Shown here: piece after piece, positions 35,801 to 49,200 of the stretch
Layout of the letters: every line of letters starts with the position of its first letter
How positions within the stretch are numbered: the stretch's first letter is position 1
Assembly (NCBI GenBank): GCA_001949185.1
Contig: BDGG01000001.1
Location: 3,365,324 to 3,429,323 of the forward strand
DNA: 64,000 bases
Direction: 5' to 3'
DNA from: Ramazzottius varieornatus
Lineage: Eukaryota; Animalia; Tardigrada
Translations under genes and position numbers: made by a program
The notes under the pieces: generated by a model
The model's database searches: none
Seen by the model: the letters and a program-made list of their open reading frames with translations, nothing else
What the model was told of the DNA's origin: nothing

Positions 35801-37943
35801 TTTCCGGTCAGAAGCTGCGATCTGGACGGAATTTCTTAAGCTACATAAATGAGGTACGACGTTTATTAAAATATCTCCAGTGGAAATGTGAGAAGCTAGA
35901 TGTAAGTCAAACTTTATCTGTCAGCTTCGAAACTTTCACCATCCGAATGTGGTAAAATTCTTCGGGCTCTTACGCCGACCAAAGGACACCCTTTTCGTCA
36001 CCGAATGGTGTTCGCGAGGGGATGTGCGCAGTTTTCTGGAACACAGCACTCATATTTATATTGACTGGGATATTCGTTATAGTCTGATTCGCGATCTCTT
36101 ACAAGTAAGAGAAGAACAACGCAACCATAAAAAGTGCGGATTGCTATCTTGAATTTTGTCGTTTCTTATTCTCAGGGCGTGGCGGCTATTCACCAGTCGT
36201 TCATCAGGTACCACGGCTCCTTGACACCCTCAGCCTGTCTGGTGAATTCCCACCTCAATCTCAAACTGGCCAAGGCCGGATACAGGGAAGTCCTTCGTCT
36301 AGGATACGGTTTAGAAAACATTGAAGAAGACTTAATCTCAAAGTACCGCAAAGACAAAGTCTTCTTCTCCCCGGAATACGTTGCGACCGAATTCCAACTG
36401 TGGTCGTCACAATCGGACATTTACGCGATGGGACAGCTGATCTTCCTAATTCAGAAAGATGCGGAACAGCCAAACACTGGCGAACCTGTTTTCGGTGGGC
36501 GTAAAGGTGGTCTATTCTAATAACTCTTAATAATAACGATTTTTTTACAATAAGTGGGAAATACTGTAATGCTTCGTGAATTTCGTGAACCGACGTCACC
36601 GTAGTAGGCTTGGGTTTTGGCAGCTAGCTAAGCCTACTCACCGTAATCGTACGCTGTATGCGTCATCACACCCGTAAACTCTACGCGCCATCTGACGCAA
36701 AGCATTTCAGATTTGGACAAGTTCGTCACATGGTGTTGTGCTTACGATCCGGAGGACCGACCGACAAGTCATGAGTTCCCGGAGGCACTGACACGGCCTA
36801 ATGACTACAACGTGGTAACAAAGATGCTCAGACGTGTAGAGCTGTATGCGGAAGAACTCGAGAACGCCGTGCTAGCTCGGACTTCAGAACTGGAGCAGGA
36901 GCAACAAAAGTGCGATGCGTTGCTCCTTCAGATGTTACCAACGTAAGCACGTCCAGAAAATAGTGTGCAGCAACCAGAAAACTTCTTTTTCCTGGTTGCA
37001 GAAATGTTGCCATTAGACTGCGACAAGGAGAGACAATAGACCCGGAGCACTTCTCATCAGTAACCTTGTCCTTTTCCGACGTATCGGGGTTCCTCGAGTT
37101 TGTGGCGCATGTACCGGCGTTAAAGGTAATGAGGTTCTTGGATGAGACGCACAAACTATTCGACCGCGTCATTGCGGACTTCGACGTTTACAAAGTCGAG
37201 ACTATCGGAGATACATATTTTGTAAGTCCTTTTAATTTTCAAGCCATTTACTCAACAAAGTAAATGCCATACTGGAAGTTTTCAGCTGGCCAGCGGCGTT
37301 CCGTACCCGAACAGAGTAATGCACGCTTCGGAAGTATGCAAGTGCGTCCTGAACATGCGTTATGACTTCTCCCAAAGATTCCCGATACAGAAGTTACAGT
37401 TACGAACCGGTGTTCATTCAGGTACCAAGAACTTTTTTCCATCCAGCAGAATGCTATACCCGAATTTTCTTTTCTGATAGGGAGCTGCGTGGCAGGTGAG
37501 TTCTTGCTGTTGGACCGAAAACGTATTCATCGATGGCCGCCAACTATTGCAATAAAAATTCCTTCTTCTTCTCCCACGGTATTATTTTAGCTGTGGTAGG
37601 CAGCAAGAGGCCTCGATACTGTCTGTAAGTGTTTCGAACATTTCGATTACACAGCACCCACGCTGGTGATTTGTGCATACCGACATTTGGGTGATTGATA
37701 ATTTCGTGTTTGCACATTCAGCGCTATTGGCTGATAACTGTATTTGCATGACGCAGGTTTGGAGACTCTGTGAACGTGGCGTCTAGGATGAATTCACACG
37801 GATCAGCATCCAAAGTTCACGTGAGCCAGTCCACAAGAGACCTTCTCGGAACGACGGACTTATTTATAGTGCAGGAACGTGGTAAAATATTTCTGAAGGG
37901 GAAGGGCGAAGTCGAAGCCTTCTGGGTGGAACCCAATTACTGA
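32803..37943 (+). CDS. Receptor-type guanylyl cyclase (ANF-receptor ectodomain, TM, pseudokinase, cyclase), many small exons
   Basis: Signal-like N-terminus, YGWETVYIV, PACGFSG before the TM, degenerate kinase-homology domain, LLLQMLP coiled coil, FSDVSGF, YKVETIGDTY, PRYCLFGDSVNVASRM (Glu and Cys GTP-specificity residues present). Confidence 0.9.
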
Positions 37944-38277
37944 AGAGGAAAATAATAGTTCTGGTCGGTGAAAGTTTTTCGTACCATAATCTCAAAAGTC
38001 TGACAAGACGAACTTCCAACTAGTGAAGACTGACAAGAATAAAAACCATTAAAAAGAAATATCAGTAAAAACATTGGCTTGTGAGCTACTGTACATAGAC
38101 AAGATATCGAAGCACATACGAAACGATGACTGACTGCGCGCCGCTAGCATAAAATTATGCAGCGTGTTTGACTGAACACAACGTTAGTTGGAAGTTCTTT
38201 TGCCGAAGTTTCCATCAAGTTCTTCCGTTGGCTGTAGCATGGACTCGTTGGTGAAATGAAGTAAAAAATTAAAATAT

Positions 38278-39871
38278 TCAAAACTGCGATGAGTGATGGG
38301 CGTTGGTCATCTCAGTCGATCTGTTTCCCAGATGCTCGCCCACGTCCTGAAAGATGAAAAGTCCAAACTTGAATAACGAAGTCTGACAAACAAAAGGTGG
38401 GTTTCATGGTCGGATACAGTCAAACAGCGCAGGCGGCTTACCATGGAAAGAGCACCAGCTCCACCACCAAAGCCGACTCCCTTAGGTCCGTATTTGCGGC
38501 CATAGCAATGTCGGCAAAACAGTTCTCCGCTGTGTTCCGTCACGTTTGTGGAATCCAAAAGCTTGTGGCAGAGACCTAAAGGTATAAACCGAACAAAACT
38601 AGATTCGTTCTCGAAACTTGGAAAAAAATTTCTCAATGGGTTCCCGGACGGAGTAAGCTTTGACGTGGTGAGGATTAAAGGTTCGCAGCTTCACACAAAG
38701 CCATCGAGCAAACGTGTCTGGTTTTACGGCCACAGAGGCGGTCAAGTGCACTTAGTGCCTTTTTGCGCCTGAAAGATTTCGATAGGATGCCATTGATTTA
38801 CCGGTGTATCTTCTTGGCTAAGCCATCATAAAGCGATCAAGAGACTTTATGATGACTATCATGATGCGGAAACTTTCCGGTTTGTCGCAGAGCAAACCCC
38901 CCGAAAGTTGTTTCGTTACTTCAACAGAAGAGCAACAGTGGCAGTAAAGTCGACAACTCCGCCGTGTCATCTACCGGAACCGGATTTTCATGGAAAAAAG
39001 CCAGTGCTTGCAGCTTGTCTGTCCGACTGATGGTTGCGCATACGATGGCGCACTAATCCATCACCGAAAAAATATTCAGCATGACAAGTCAGAGACCTCA
39101 TCGGATAATTTTGCATGAATATCTGAAAGTCCGAAAATATTTGCAAAATATTCGTTCGATTCTCTTGAAATCATGATTTGTTCAAACACCACCGCTTCGA
39201 GCTTCGAACCTTGTTCAAACATTTCGGATTATTTGAATTTTTGATTGCTGTTCTGTTGTCTCATGAGGTGACTTTGGAAAGTTCCTTGCTGACTTGTCAG
39301 ATCTTCCCTACAGGGTGACAAATTTGCAGTGACTCAACATGAGCGCAAGTTATTGTCGAGGAGCAAAATAACTGCGCGACACCTCAACAGCCTTACTGAT
39401 TGACTCGGTCTTCAGCATCAGCAATGCTACTCTTGCTCTTCGCTAACTTCCGAAACGCTATCGTAGACACCAGCTCTCAGGCCTGGATAATTATAGACCT
39501 CGGTCGTCACTAACGAAGCTCACAGCTTGCGAAGAGAGCTAAGAACTCAACGTTGTCCAGCCGGCGGAAGTCAACCGAGAACTTTTCTTTCAACAGAGGC
39601 TATAAGAATCACGAATAGATAATCAAATATGGGTTACACAAAGAAAGAAACCTGCGTGACCACCTCCCCTACTAAAGTTCTCCCACCAGGACCCAGCTAA
39701 GTTCTCCAACTAGGACCTACATGTACTCCGGTTACGGAGGAGGAACTTGAACATACCGCATTTGAAGCAGGTCTTGTGCCATTTAGCGTTAGCGGCGATC
39801 CTTTCCTCAGCGGTATACACTGACTTCCCGCACTTCGGGCACTTTGGCTGTTCGGCGGCAACGAAAGGCAT
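38278..39871 (-). CDS. Single-LIM muscle LIM protein (Mlp60A/CSRP family), 3 coding exons
   Basis: [23 protein letters not shown]...WHKTCFKC|[45 protein letters not shown]|DVGEHLGNR...*. Confidence 0.92.
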
Positions 39872-42151
39872 TGTGGCTGTGAGAAAAAGAGACTCGATCA
39901 ACTTTACACACCTAACATTCAGGCACTTCACATCGAACCCTTCTTGTCGTTCATGAACCAAGATGGGATCTGTGCCGACGGGCTAGAATCGAGAAGGTTG
40001 AAGAGATCTTACCTAGGGGATGTGGAAGATCGGACAAAGGATATGTGTCCGCTGTTTGCAGGAGATGTAGTACTTGGCAGTGAGGAACAGATATCCGTGG
40101 ACGGTTCAGCGGTGGAATCAGGCGAGAATGTCAAATGGCAAAGCGAGCTTAGAGAACTGTACACTGTGCTGTTACAGGGCTTCAACAGTCAACTTGAAAG
40201 AGAAGAGCAACAGTACATACGATGGTTTACAGTGGAAGGGTGAAATTCTCGTTGGCGAAAGAGATGCGTCGTAAAAATATAGCTGGCCAAGTTTATAACG
40301 CCATGGCACTTTCTCACTCGCCGACTTACACAGCGATCGCTTCTGTATTTTCTTCGGTAAACATGCATGTTCATAAATGGGCAACGCCAATCGCTGGCTG
40401 TGCACTTAATCGCGTACTGTATACTGTCTCGAGGTGCCGCGAACTCTAAGAACCCCATACGATGACTCTTTCCGCCATTTCACAAGAAATATTCACCCTC
40501 CTGACTCACCAACTGGCGTGTCCGTTGTATAGTATCTTAGCCATGCTAAGGCCTCATCAGTGAATACCGCGCTACTCACTATTCGCTTTATACGATATTT
40601 GATATGGCACATCTTCCGAAATGTTGTTCAGCTCCACATGGCCCACATCCATGCGCCAGCAGCGCCAGTCATCCGTCGGGAAACTTTCTCTTCCTTTCAC
40701 TCTTCTTCGAGCTTCACCTCGTGGCAGATATTTGTGACTTGATCTCCGACAGACTCTTCTGACCGTCCGCAGCGCCTCCGCACAGCTACGCGGTATCATT
40801 TTCGGGCGTAGAGACAATGAACTCGTGGATGGAGCAGGAACAACTGTCTATCGCAGTGGTGTATCGTTCATTCTTAATCCGTCTTTCCATTCTGTGTCGG
40901 GATATCTCCGAAGATAAAAACACCGAGTGGATAGATCGAATGGAAGGTTCACATCTTTAGAGTCAGCAAATCATTCCTGCCTGGTTATATGGTGTGAAAA
41001 TCCGGGAAACTCCGTGTGAGACAAAGAAAAAAACAGAAATTTATAGCAGAATGCATACCATTGCTAAGGTTTGTAGAAAAAAGCAAGTTGAAGCTCCCTG
41101 GACGAAAGATTGCCGGAATCCACTTCATGCTCCTAAACATGATCAGAGTCTCGAAGTCCGGATGATCGGGAGTATATTTAGGGATATGCACTGCGAACTC
41201 GAAACATGATACAACGCGACAACTATGAGTAAAGTAAATAAAAGAGAAATAAGTCCCGCCTTTGACGCTCGCTAGCTTCGGCAGTAGAGCGCAACCAAAT
41301 TATTACAATCAAATTGTGTGGAGCTGAAGGCGGATGGTCCGTTTGGTGAAAATACAGCAGATCTTTCGCAACGGACACATGACGTCATTGCAAAATGACG
41401 ACAGGAACAAGAGCGCGTTCAACGGACCTGCAAGCGATCAGCTGCTCATCAAACCATGTCGGATATGAGATCATTAATTTGGCTGATCTCTCTGTCTGAA
41501 TCTGGAAGAGCATCAGCCAGCATCCTGTTGAACATCCTTGACGCTCAGATCTGGATCGCGTCCCTCTACGTTGGATTCGTGTGAGAAACCTATCGACCAA
41601 AGACGCCTGAAACTAACGAGCCGTACTGAACGGTAGCTGTCACCGTGTGCTCGGTGATCTGCTTCGAACTGCCGCGGAGTTGACTCTTCGAAGTCCGGTA
41701 AGTCCAGTTCCTCACCCAGTTCTAACGGCATATGGAAGTCTGCATCTACTTGCAGAGTCTCTTGTCGCTTGTAAGTGGATCGATCTAGTTTTGGGAAAAT
41801 CGGGCTGACGGTGGATACTTCATCGACATCACAAATACGTACGTCTATTGTTACGGTATCACTTATGAGCACAGACGGAAACGATTTGACGGAAATGCTT
41901 TGATAGGTTGCATCAGCTATCCCGGCGGATTGGTCATCGATGACCGATGTTCATAACAGTGGTTCGATCGGCATCCAGAATGTAAGTGATGTTTGACCAG
42001 TCTGTTATGGTGTTACTTATGGATGATGGTTTTTGGCATACGTATAAACTGGTTCAACTATAGTATGATTCATTCCATTTCGTCATCTGAAGTTGTTTGT
42101 CCTTCTTCCAGTTACGCGTTCGATAGCCAACCGGAAGTTGACGGCTAAAAG

Positions 42152-45100
42152 ATGTCCACTCCGGTGGTCGAAACGCCTTCTTGTGATATCCGTGGTTGGA
42201 AGTTGGAGACGGACAAGAGCGAAGGTTTCAAAGAAGATGCGAGAGCGTGTTCTCTTCCACCTCCAGCAAAGGTGCGCACAGTTCAACGTCGCTACGATCC
42301 CTGTTAGAACTTTGTGTCTGAATTTACAGAAACTATGGTTGGATCCCGAAGAGAAAGACCTGGCCGCGTTGAACGCCTACATCACAGAAATGTTGAAGAT
42401 TGAGAAGGGAGAAACTCTTATTGAACTTGGCCTTGACAATGTCCCGGGTACGCTGAATGTCAGGTTTTACCCTTCTACCACTCCGACTTGACTTGCGAAA
42501 AATTTTAATTCGAGACGGACCACTTATTGTTATTTTTGGCGTGGCAGAATGACATGGAAATTTTTCCGTAGGTGGATCTGATGGGTTTTATGAGCCGGAA
42601 ATGACGAAGGCACTCGAAACTTTACTGCTAGGTACGAAAAATATTTTGAAGGCTCATGTCAGAAGGCGGTGTGGATATTCTAAAGGTTTCTTTTCAGTCA
42701 GTCAGACAGCCGGTGCAACGTGCGTCTTCCAGCGTCAGAAATCGGTGAATGGTGCTCTGGTAAACACGTATCTTGTGCGGAGGATAGCTGAGGAAGAGGA
42801 CTTCCTGGAAGTCAGGTACGACAGCACAGAGTTTGTCTAACATCGACTAATCTGGCTGAAAACATTGCTTACGGACCACCTCATGTCGTTCGTTTCTCTG
42901 AAGAATTGCCGTTCTGGGGAACGTAGACGCCGGAAAGTCTACTTTGCTCGGGGTTCTTACTCACGGCGAGCTCGATAACGGACGCGGCTTAGCTCGCATG
43001 AAGCTCTTCAGGCATAAGCACGAACAGGAATCCGGACGGACTTCCTCCGTGGGGCACGACATTCTCGGGTTCGACGCTGACGGAAGTAAGTTGATGGATG
43101 GTGGTCACTCCTTAGTAGCTCTTACCTGGTGTTTCCTGAATTAGAACCCTGATGCTTCTAAACCAATTCGTTTGTGTTTGTAGAAATCGTCAACAAGTCC
43201 TTTGCACATGGTAGCGATCTCGACTGGGAGGCAATCTGCAAAAGCAGTTCCAAAGTTATTACGTTTATCGATTTGGCTGGACACGAAAAGTATCTTCCCT
43301 TTTCTGTTCGAAAGTCTCTGTGGTAGCCAAGTTTCAGATGTCTCGTCTGTCTTAGGTATTTGAAAACGACCATTTTCGGAATGACAGGACACTTGCCAGA
43401 CTTTTGCTTGTTAGTGGTAAGTTAGTCTAGTACACTCTCTGTCGTCAACACCCTTGAAAAAACAGTTTTTTTTCATCTATAAACGTCAGTACAACAAAGA
43501 AAAGAAGTGGAACATACTCAACGAATCAATCGAGACTGGTGATAAACAGACTTTCTTTGTGGTTGTCCATAGGTGGGCGCTAATGCTGGATTGGCTGGTA
43601 TGGTCAAGGAACACTTAGGTCTAACACTAGCGCTCGGCGTCCCCGTCTTCGTGGTAGTCACGAAGATCGATATGAGTCCCCCGAACGTCCTGCAAGAGAC
43701 ACTGCGGAACCTTCAGAAGCTGCTGAAGTCTCCGGGTAGCCGAAAGATCCCCATGATGGTTGGATCGGCCGACGACGTCGTAACTGCCGCGTCCAACTTT
43801 ACCTCCTCGAGGATATGTCCCATCTTCCAGCTGTCTTCCGTGACGGGAACGAACATGGATCTCCTGCACAAGTTTCTCAACCTTCTGTCTTCCCGCTATG
43901 AAGCTCATGAGAATGAACCGGCAGAGTTCATCATGGACGAAACCTACAGTGTGCCAGGAGTGGGGACAGTGGTTTCGGGGACGGTGCTGAAAGGTATCAT
44001 TCGTTTGAATGACACTCTAATGTTAGGTCCCGACCCTATGGGACACTTTCAAGCCATCGCAATAAGGTAACGCATCCCATTCCGCCCATGTACAGTCTGA
44101 GGGGGCCAAGTGACTACCATCTAAAATTGGGGCGTTCTGGACCGAGTTGTTGCCCCACGTCGAAACTAATGTTCCTTGGTTTAATATCCTTTTTGCCGCC
44201 TCCTGAAAGTTTACTGGTCAGATATTTGTTTACCGGAAGCTGAGACTGGTATGAAACCGGGCCTGATGAGAAGCGCAAGCTGTTGCCAACCTTCGCAGGT
44301 TCAGGGTCCATTTCAGTATTCATTTCTCAGTTATCTATTCAAGTCCCGCAATAGTCTTACAAGACTTGGAAAAATTCAGACAGGGACTGAGCTGCACAAA
44401 AAGTGGTCCAGAGCTTACAGCTACCGTTCAGAACAAGTACAACAATTTTTGCCGCAGAAGAGGGTCTCCTGGCAAAATGGCTAAATTTGATATTTTTTAT
44501 TTACTAGCCAAGTTTCGTTTTTTAGATTTTTTTATAGCACTCTGTTTCAAATGGTAGGTACTTGGTCCCCTCGCACTGTCGAAGTTTCCATATAGTGGTA
44601 CTACGGGATACAGTTTACATTGATGTTCAGGTCTATCCACCGAAAACGCATGCCGGTGTCTGTGGTACGGGGAGGCCAAGCAGCTTCCTTCGCTCTGAAA
44701 AAAGTATAACATTCTTCATTCTACAGCCAAGAATCTCATGGTTTCTTTTCCTTGAGTCGGTTAATGTCGCGTTTTTATAGATAAAACGAAATCAGCTGAG
44801 GAAAGGAATGGTGATGGTAGCACCTTCCCTCGATCCAAAAGCGTGCTGGGAATTTGAGGTACAGTATTACGATTCTGTAATTTCTGTTCAAAGATTCTTG
44901 ATCGAAGACATCGAGATGCATGACAGTGAATTTTTTAGACTGAAATCTTGATCTTACATCATCCTTCAACGCTACAATGTGGATACCAAGCCATGAGTAA
45001 GCGGTTATTTGCTCGAACGATTTAGAGAACACGTGTATGTGTAAGATGGTTTCCTCGTAGTTCATGCCGGAAGCTGTAGGCAGACCATCAGGATCCTCAG

Positions 45101-45389
45101 TATGTCCCAAGAGTGTCTCAGGACCGGAGACAAGGCCCTTGTGCGGTGTAGGTTCATCAAGATGCCGGAATACCTGCGACCGGGACAGCGGATGGTGTTA
45201 CGAGAAGGACGAACTAAGGCTGTCGGCAACATTAAGCAAGTGTTCCATGACGCTCCTTCCGGAAGCTTCGATCCTCACGCCCAGAACCAACAACGTTCAG
45301 GACAAGTGACGGGTAACAACGTCCTTAGGCCGGCCAACAACCACAACAACACAGGAAACGCCGCGAAAAGGAACACTCGGCTGAAATGA
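42152..45389 (+). CDS. GTPBP1: GTP-binding protein 1 (translational GTPase), multi-exon
   Basis: [84 protein letters not shown]. Confidence 0.93.
44093..44578. mobile_element. Degenerate Tc1/mariner-type MITE (~490 bp) in GTPBP1 intron
   Basis: Imperfect 28-bp TIR cagtctgagggggccaagtgactaccat / atggtaggtacttggtcccctcgcactg; left flank TA, right flank TC. Confidence 0.7.
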
Positions 45390-46217
45390 CCGGTAAAGTG
45401 GTGTTAATTAATATTTACTCATGCTGGGAATCGAGTTTTGTTTTTCTTTGTTCGCCGGGAAGGATTTTTTCTTTTCGGAAGGTTTTGTCAGGTTTTACTC
45501 AGATGGCGACGTCTTTTATTTTGTTACAGCTGTACATTAGTTTTTACCATTGGAATTTCGAGGTGCGACAGCTGAATTAGATGGAGACTATGACATTTGT
45601 AGCTGGTACAACAGAGACAAACCTACGACCATTTTCCTGGCGAACTTTACGCAATACCAGACACAAAGAAGAAACACGGACTCTTTGTCGTCAGTTGCAA
45701 CGGTAGAGAACCCTGGTCTCTATTTGGATCCGCCAGGAGCTCCTCTTGTATCGTCCTGTGAGGGAGAATCAAATTCAGACGCACTACTCAGTAATCACTC
45801 AAGCGGGTAGTCTTGCTTGAGGGATTCAGTCCATCATCGTGATCTTGCGGGTAGAAACACGCTCGGGTATTTTCGTGAAGGGAACGCATTTTTAATTAGT
45901 GAGGACCAGCGACATGGAACCAGCGTTCGATGTCGTCCATCCCTCTGTAAATCTGTCGTCGTGCCGACATGTCACGAGGCAGATAGCTTACGATGACATG
46001 CCGGAGAGATTTGTTGTGACTTGCAAAAGTAAATTGGCCTCTAGTTTGTATATATTTCGGTCCGTCACTCTCCGGCCGAAAACATCGCAGCCATCAAAAC
46101 ACGATGGAAACTTCAGTCGGTTGATGAATAAAACTTTTCTCTCGTTCAGCGATAACCGAGGGACCCGAAATCAAACGCGCTGTATCTCATGGAAGCCCTG
46201 CTACGATTTTGATCGAA

Positions 46218-49200
46218 ATGGGTTCCTTTCCCATTTCTGTCATTACTTTTATTTTACTGAATATTCGAGGAGGAAGTCCGCAGGTATATTTGCGACCCCA
46301 AGAATCGGATTTCCTTCGAGCAGCGGTGGACGCCCAGTTAGTAAAAATAGGTATGTTAGACCCTTTCTCTTCGTCTTATTTTGTTCTACTTTTCACAGAT
46401 CGGCTCTTGTTTTTAGGACTGGTCGTGAGGAGGTCACAGGAGTCCGCTTTTTTGGAGCAAGCTGTCCAGTTTGCTGTAGAAGACATCAACGCCTTGAAAC
46501 TAGGCCTTCTTTTCCGAGTGAACTTCATTCGAGTAGAAAGCGATGCTGATTGGATGGGATTGACAGACTTAAGTAAGAAGAAACCTTTACAGTTTACAGT
46601 TACAGTTTAGTAACGCATGCTTAGATTTCACTTCCGGGTAAATTTTAGCATGCCAGACCGCGGAGTCCGGCACAAAGATTCTGTTCCTTTCGGAGGACAA
46701 TCCCGTTCTTACGTCAGTATTCCACGCAGCATGTGACCGCCTTGACTTGATCTGCTTTGATAGTCTTCACAAAGCAGTGAGCGGCCCGTCCTCCTCCACT
46801 TTTTTTACCATACAACCGGATGCCACGGTACTTGCCAAAGCAACCATAGACCTGATGCAGAACCAAGGCATGAACCGAACAGCGGTCATCGTCGATGGAC
46901 CTGAAGGTACACCTAAAGATTTCTCTTGGTTTTCTCACCTATATTTTCTGGGGAAATTTTAGGGGTCGTTCTGTTGGACCAAGTGATATCTCGGGGAAGA
47001 CAGCGAAACATCACCTTCAGAGTATTCTTCAAAGATCACGACTCGTCATACCGTCCCGTGCTACGCCATCTCCGGTCGGAAGGTCAATCTACCTTCCTGG
47101 TCGCAGTTGATCTCTCCAACTACCCCGTCTTCATTCGAAATGTACGTAAAAATATTGAGCATTCAAAGCTTGGCCACACATCAACAAGATCACGAACTAT
47201 TTGACGAGACTTCTTCACGGCCAGTCACCATAATTCGGTGTCTCTGTTGTAGATGGCGGAACTGAATATGCATGACAAGCACTACACGTACCTGTTCATG
47301 GGTCTGGCAAGTCTCAACTTGGGCTGACTTCTGCGTTCAGTGGCGATATCATGGAATGTCATTCATTTTATGTGTAGAATATGTGGTTGCGTGATCTGAT
47401 CGATGTATCCTTCCTGGGTGTGAACCTGATGGCGTTCAGTCCACTAGATTTGACGAAACATGAGAACCCGGAAAAAATGTCCGAGATGCTGGCCTTCGCC
47501 GAAGCCCGTGGTGTTACCACCGATGGGTTCCACAAACGCATCAACACTATCCCGGTGAGTCCAGTGGTCTGTCGCATCACGGGGATATTCTGAAAGTTAC
47601 GTGGACCGTGCATGTGGACGTTTACTTTCAGACCCAAGCAGCATATCTGTACGATTCTCTGCACGTCCTCGCCAGAGCCTTGCAAGCCTTCCTACCGTTT
47701 CCGCAAGAATTCAACGAGCCGGTATCGTGCACCACGGCTTCAGGAACATCTTTTGGCACCAGTGTGCTGAATTACCTAAACACGGTACAGTCATGTTTCG
47801 CTCTTTGCAGTACTGTTGTTCACTAGCAGGCAAAAGTCAAGGTAGTAATTATAACATGCTCTTTCACCAGATTTCGTTCCATGGATTGACCGGCATGATA
47901 CGCATGTCACCAATTGGGCGTGAAGAGCATGGGCTCCATCTACTCAACTTGACCCAGGCTGGTTTGGAAGATGTACTGCAGCTCAACCATCTTATCAGAA
48001 TTTTTTCCTGTTTTTCTTTGACGCAGTTCTTTGTTTAGATTGGTGTATGGAATTCGAAAGGTGGGCTCTCCTTGACGAAGATCGAATTAGAACAAACCAC
48101 GGTTGCCACTAACGGTAAAACAGCTGACGGAACCGAAGATGATCCGCTTGTCGTGGTCTCCCTCTTGGTAAGTGTGAAAAAATCTCTGTTGACTGTATTT
48201 TATATTAACATGTAAAACGGATGATTAATGAACTTGTTGGTCGTAGCAAGAGCCGTTTCTCATGATAAAAGACGATGTGAAGAAGGCTCTTTTGGAGAAG
48301 AATCAAACATTGGCCAACGCCGACGTCACCGAAGAGCATGTCCATGGCTTTGTCATTGATCTGCTCGAAGCTATCAACAAAAACTTGTGGTCTCGGGGAG
48401 ACAAAGGCTTCACATACAAGCTGTACCTTGTTCCGGATAATCAATTCGGAATTCAGGATGCATCAGGGAAATGGAGCGGCATGGTTGCTGAAATCCTCAA
48501 TGGAGTAGGAAATTTCGAAACTCTGAACGCTTGATTGGATGGAATATTCATGAGCTTTTGTAATTTTTGTAACTTTACTGTAACTTTTTTTATTGATCAC
48601 GTCTACTCTTCAGAAAGCGGACTTGGCCGTCGCGGCGTTCACACTAACAGCTCAACGTGAAGCCGTCATATCCTTCACCAAGCCATTCATGACAGCGGGA
48701 ATTGGTATACTGTACCAGGCACCAAGAGGTTCCGCCCAGAACTTATTCGCCCTTATGAGATCTTTGTCAGCGGAGTTATGGTTCGCCTCCTTGACTGCGA
48801 CTGCCGTAGTCGCCATCTGCATGTGGGTCGTTGCGCGGTTTACACCTTTAGAATGGTCGAACCGACACATCTGTACCGGCATCGAAACCAAATTCGCGGT
48901 CAACATATTCAACCTGAGGAACAGCTTTTGGTTCGCCATGTGTAGCCTTATGATGCAAGGTAACTTCATCCTCTAATCTTTATGAGGCCGTGTTCATTTA
49001 GTGGTAGGCTACTAGGTCGTTGTGAAGATTATGATGAACCTGCGTTCATGAAAGCGATTATTTCCAACCCAGAGGTGGGTAGGTCATAACAACCCAAAAA
49101 TTGTTCACAAAGTCGAAAAATTATGAGATGAGTCATTTCAACCACGTTTCACCTAACCTCATCGTCAACTACCTCGACTTTGTGAACGCATCAGGGCCAG

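Noticed and set aside
41385-41990. Acidic minus-strand ORF head-to-head with GTPBP1
   Set aside because: Splice signals conflict between strands and there is no family motif; may be a gene but is unsupported.
43289-43356. GTATCTT donor as possible U12 intron in GTPBP1
   Set aside because: Does not match GTATCCTT and lacks a clear TCCTTAAC branch site.
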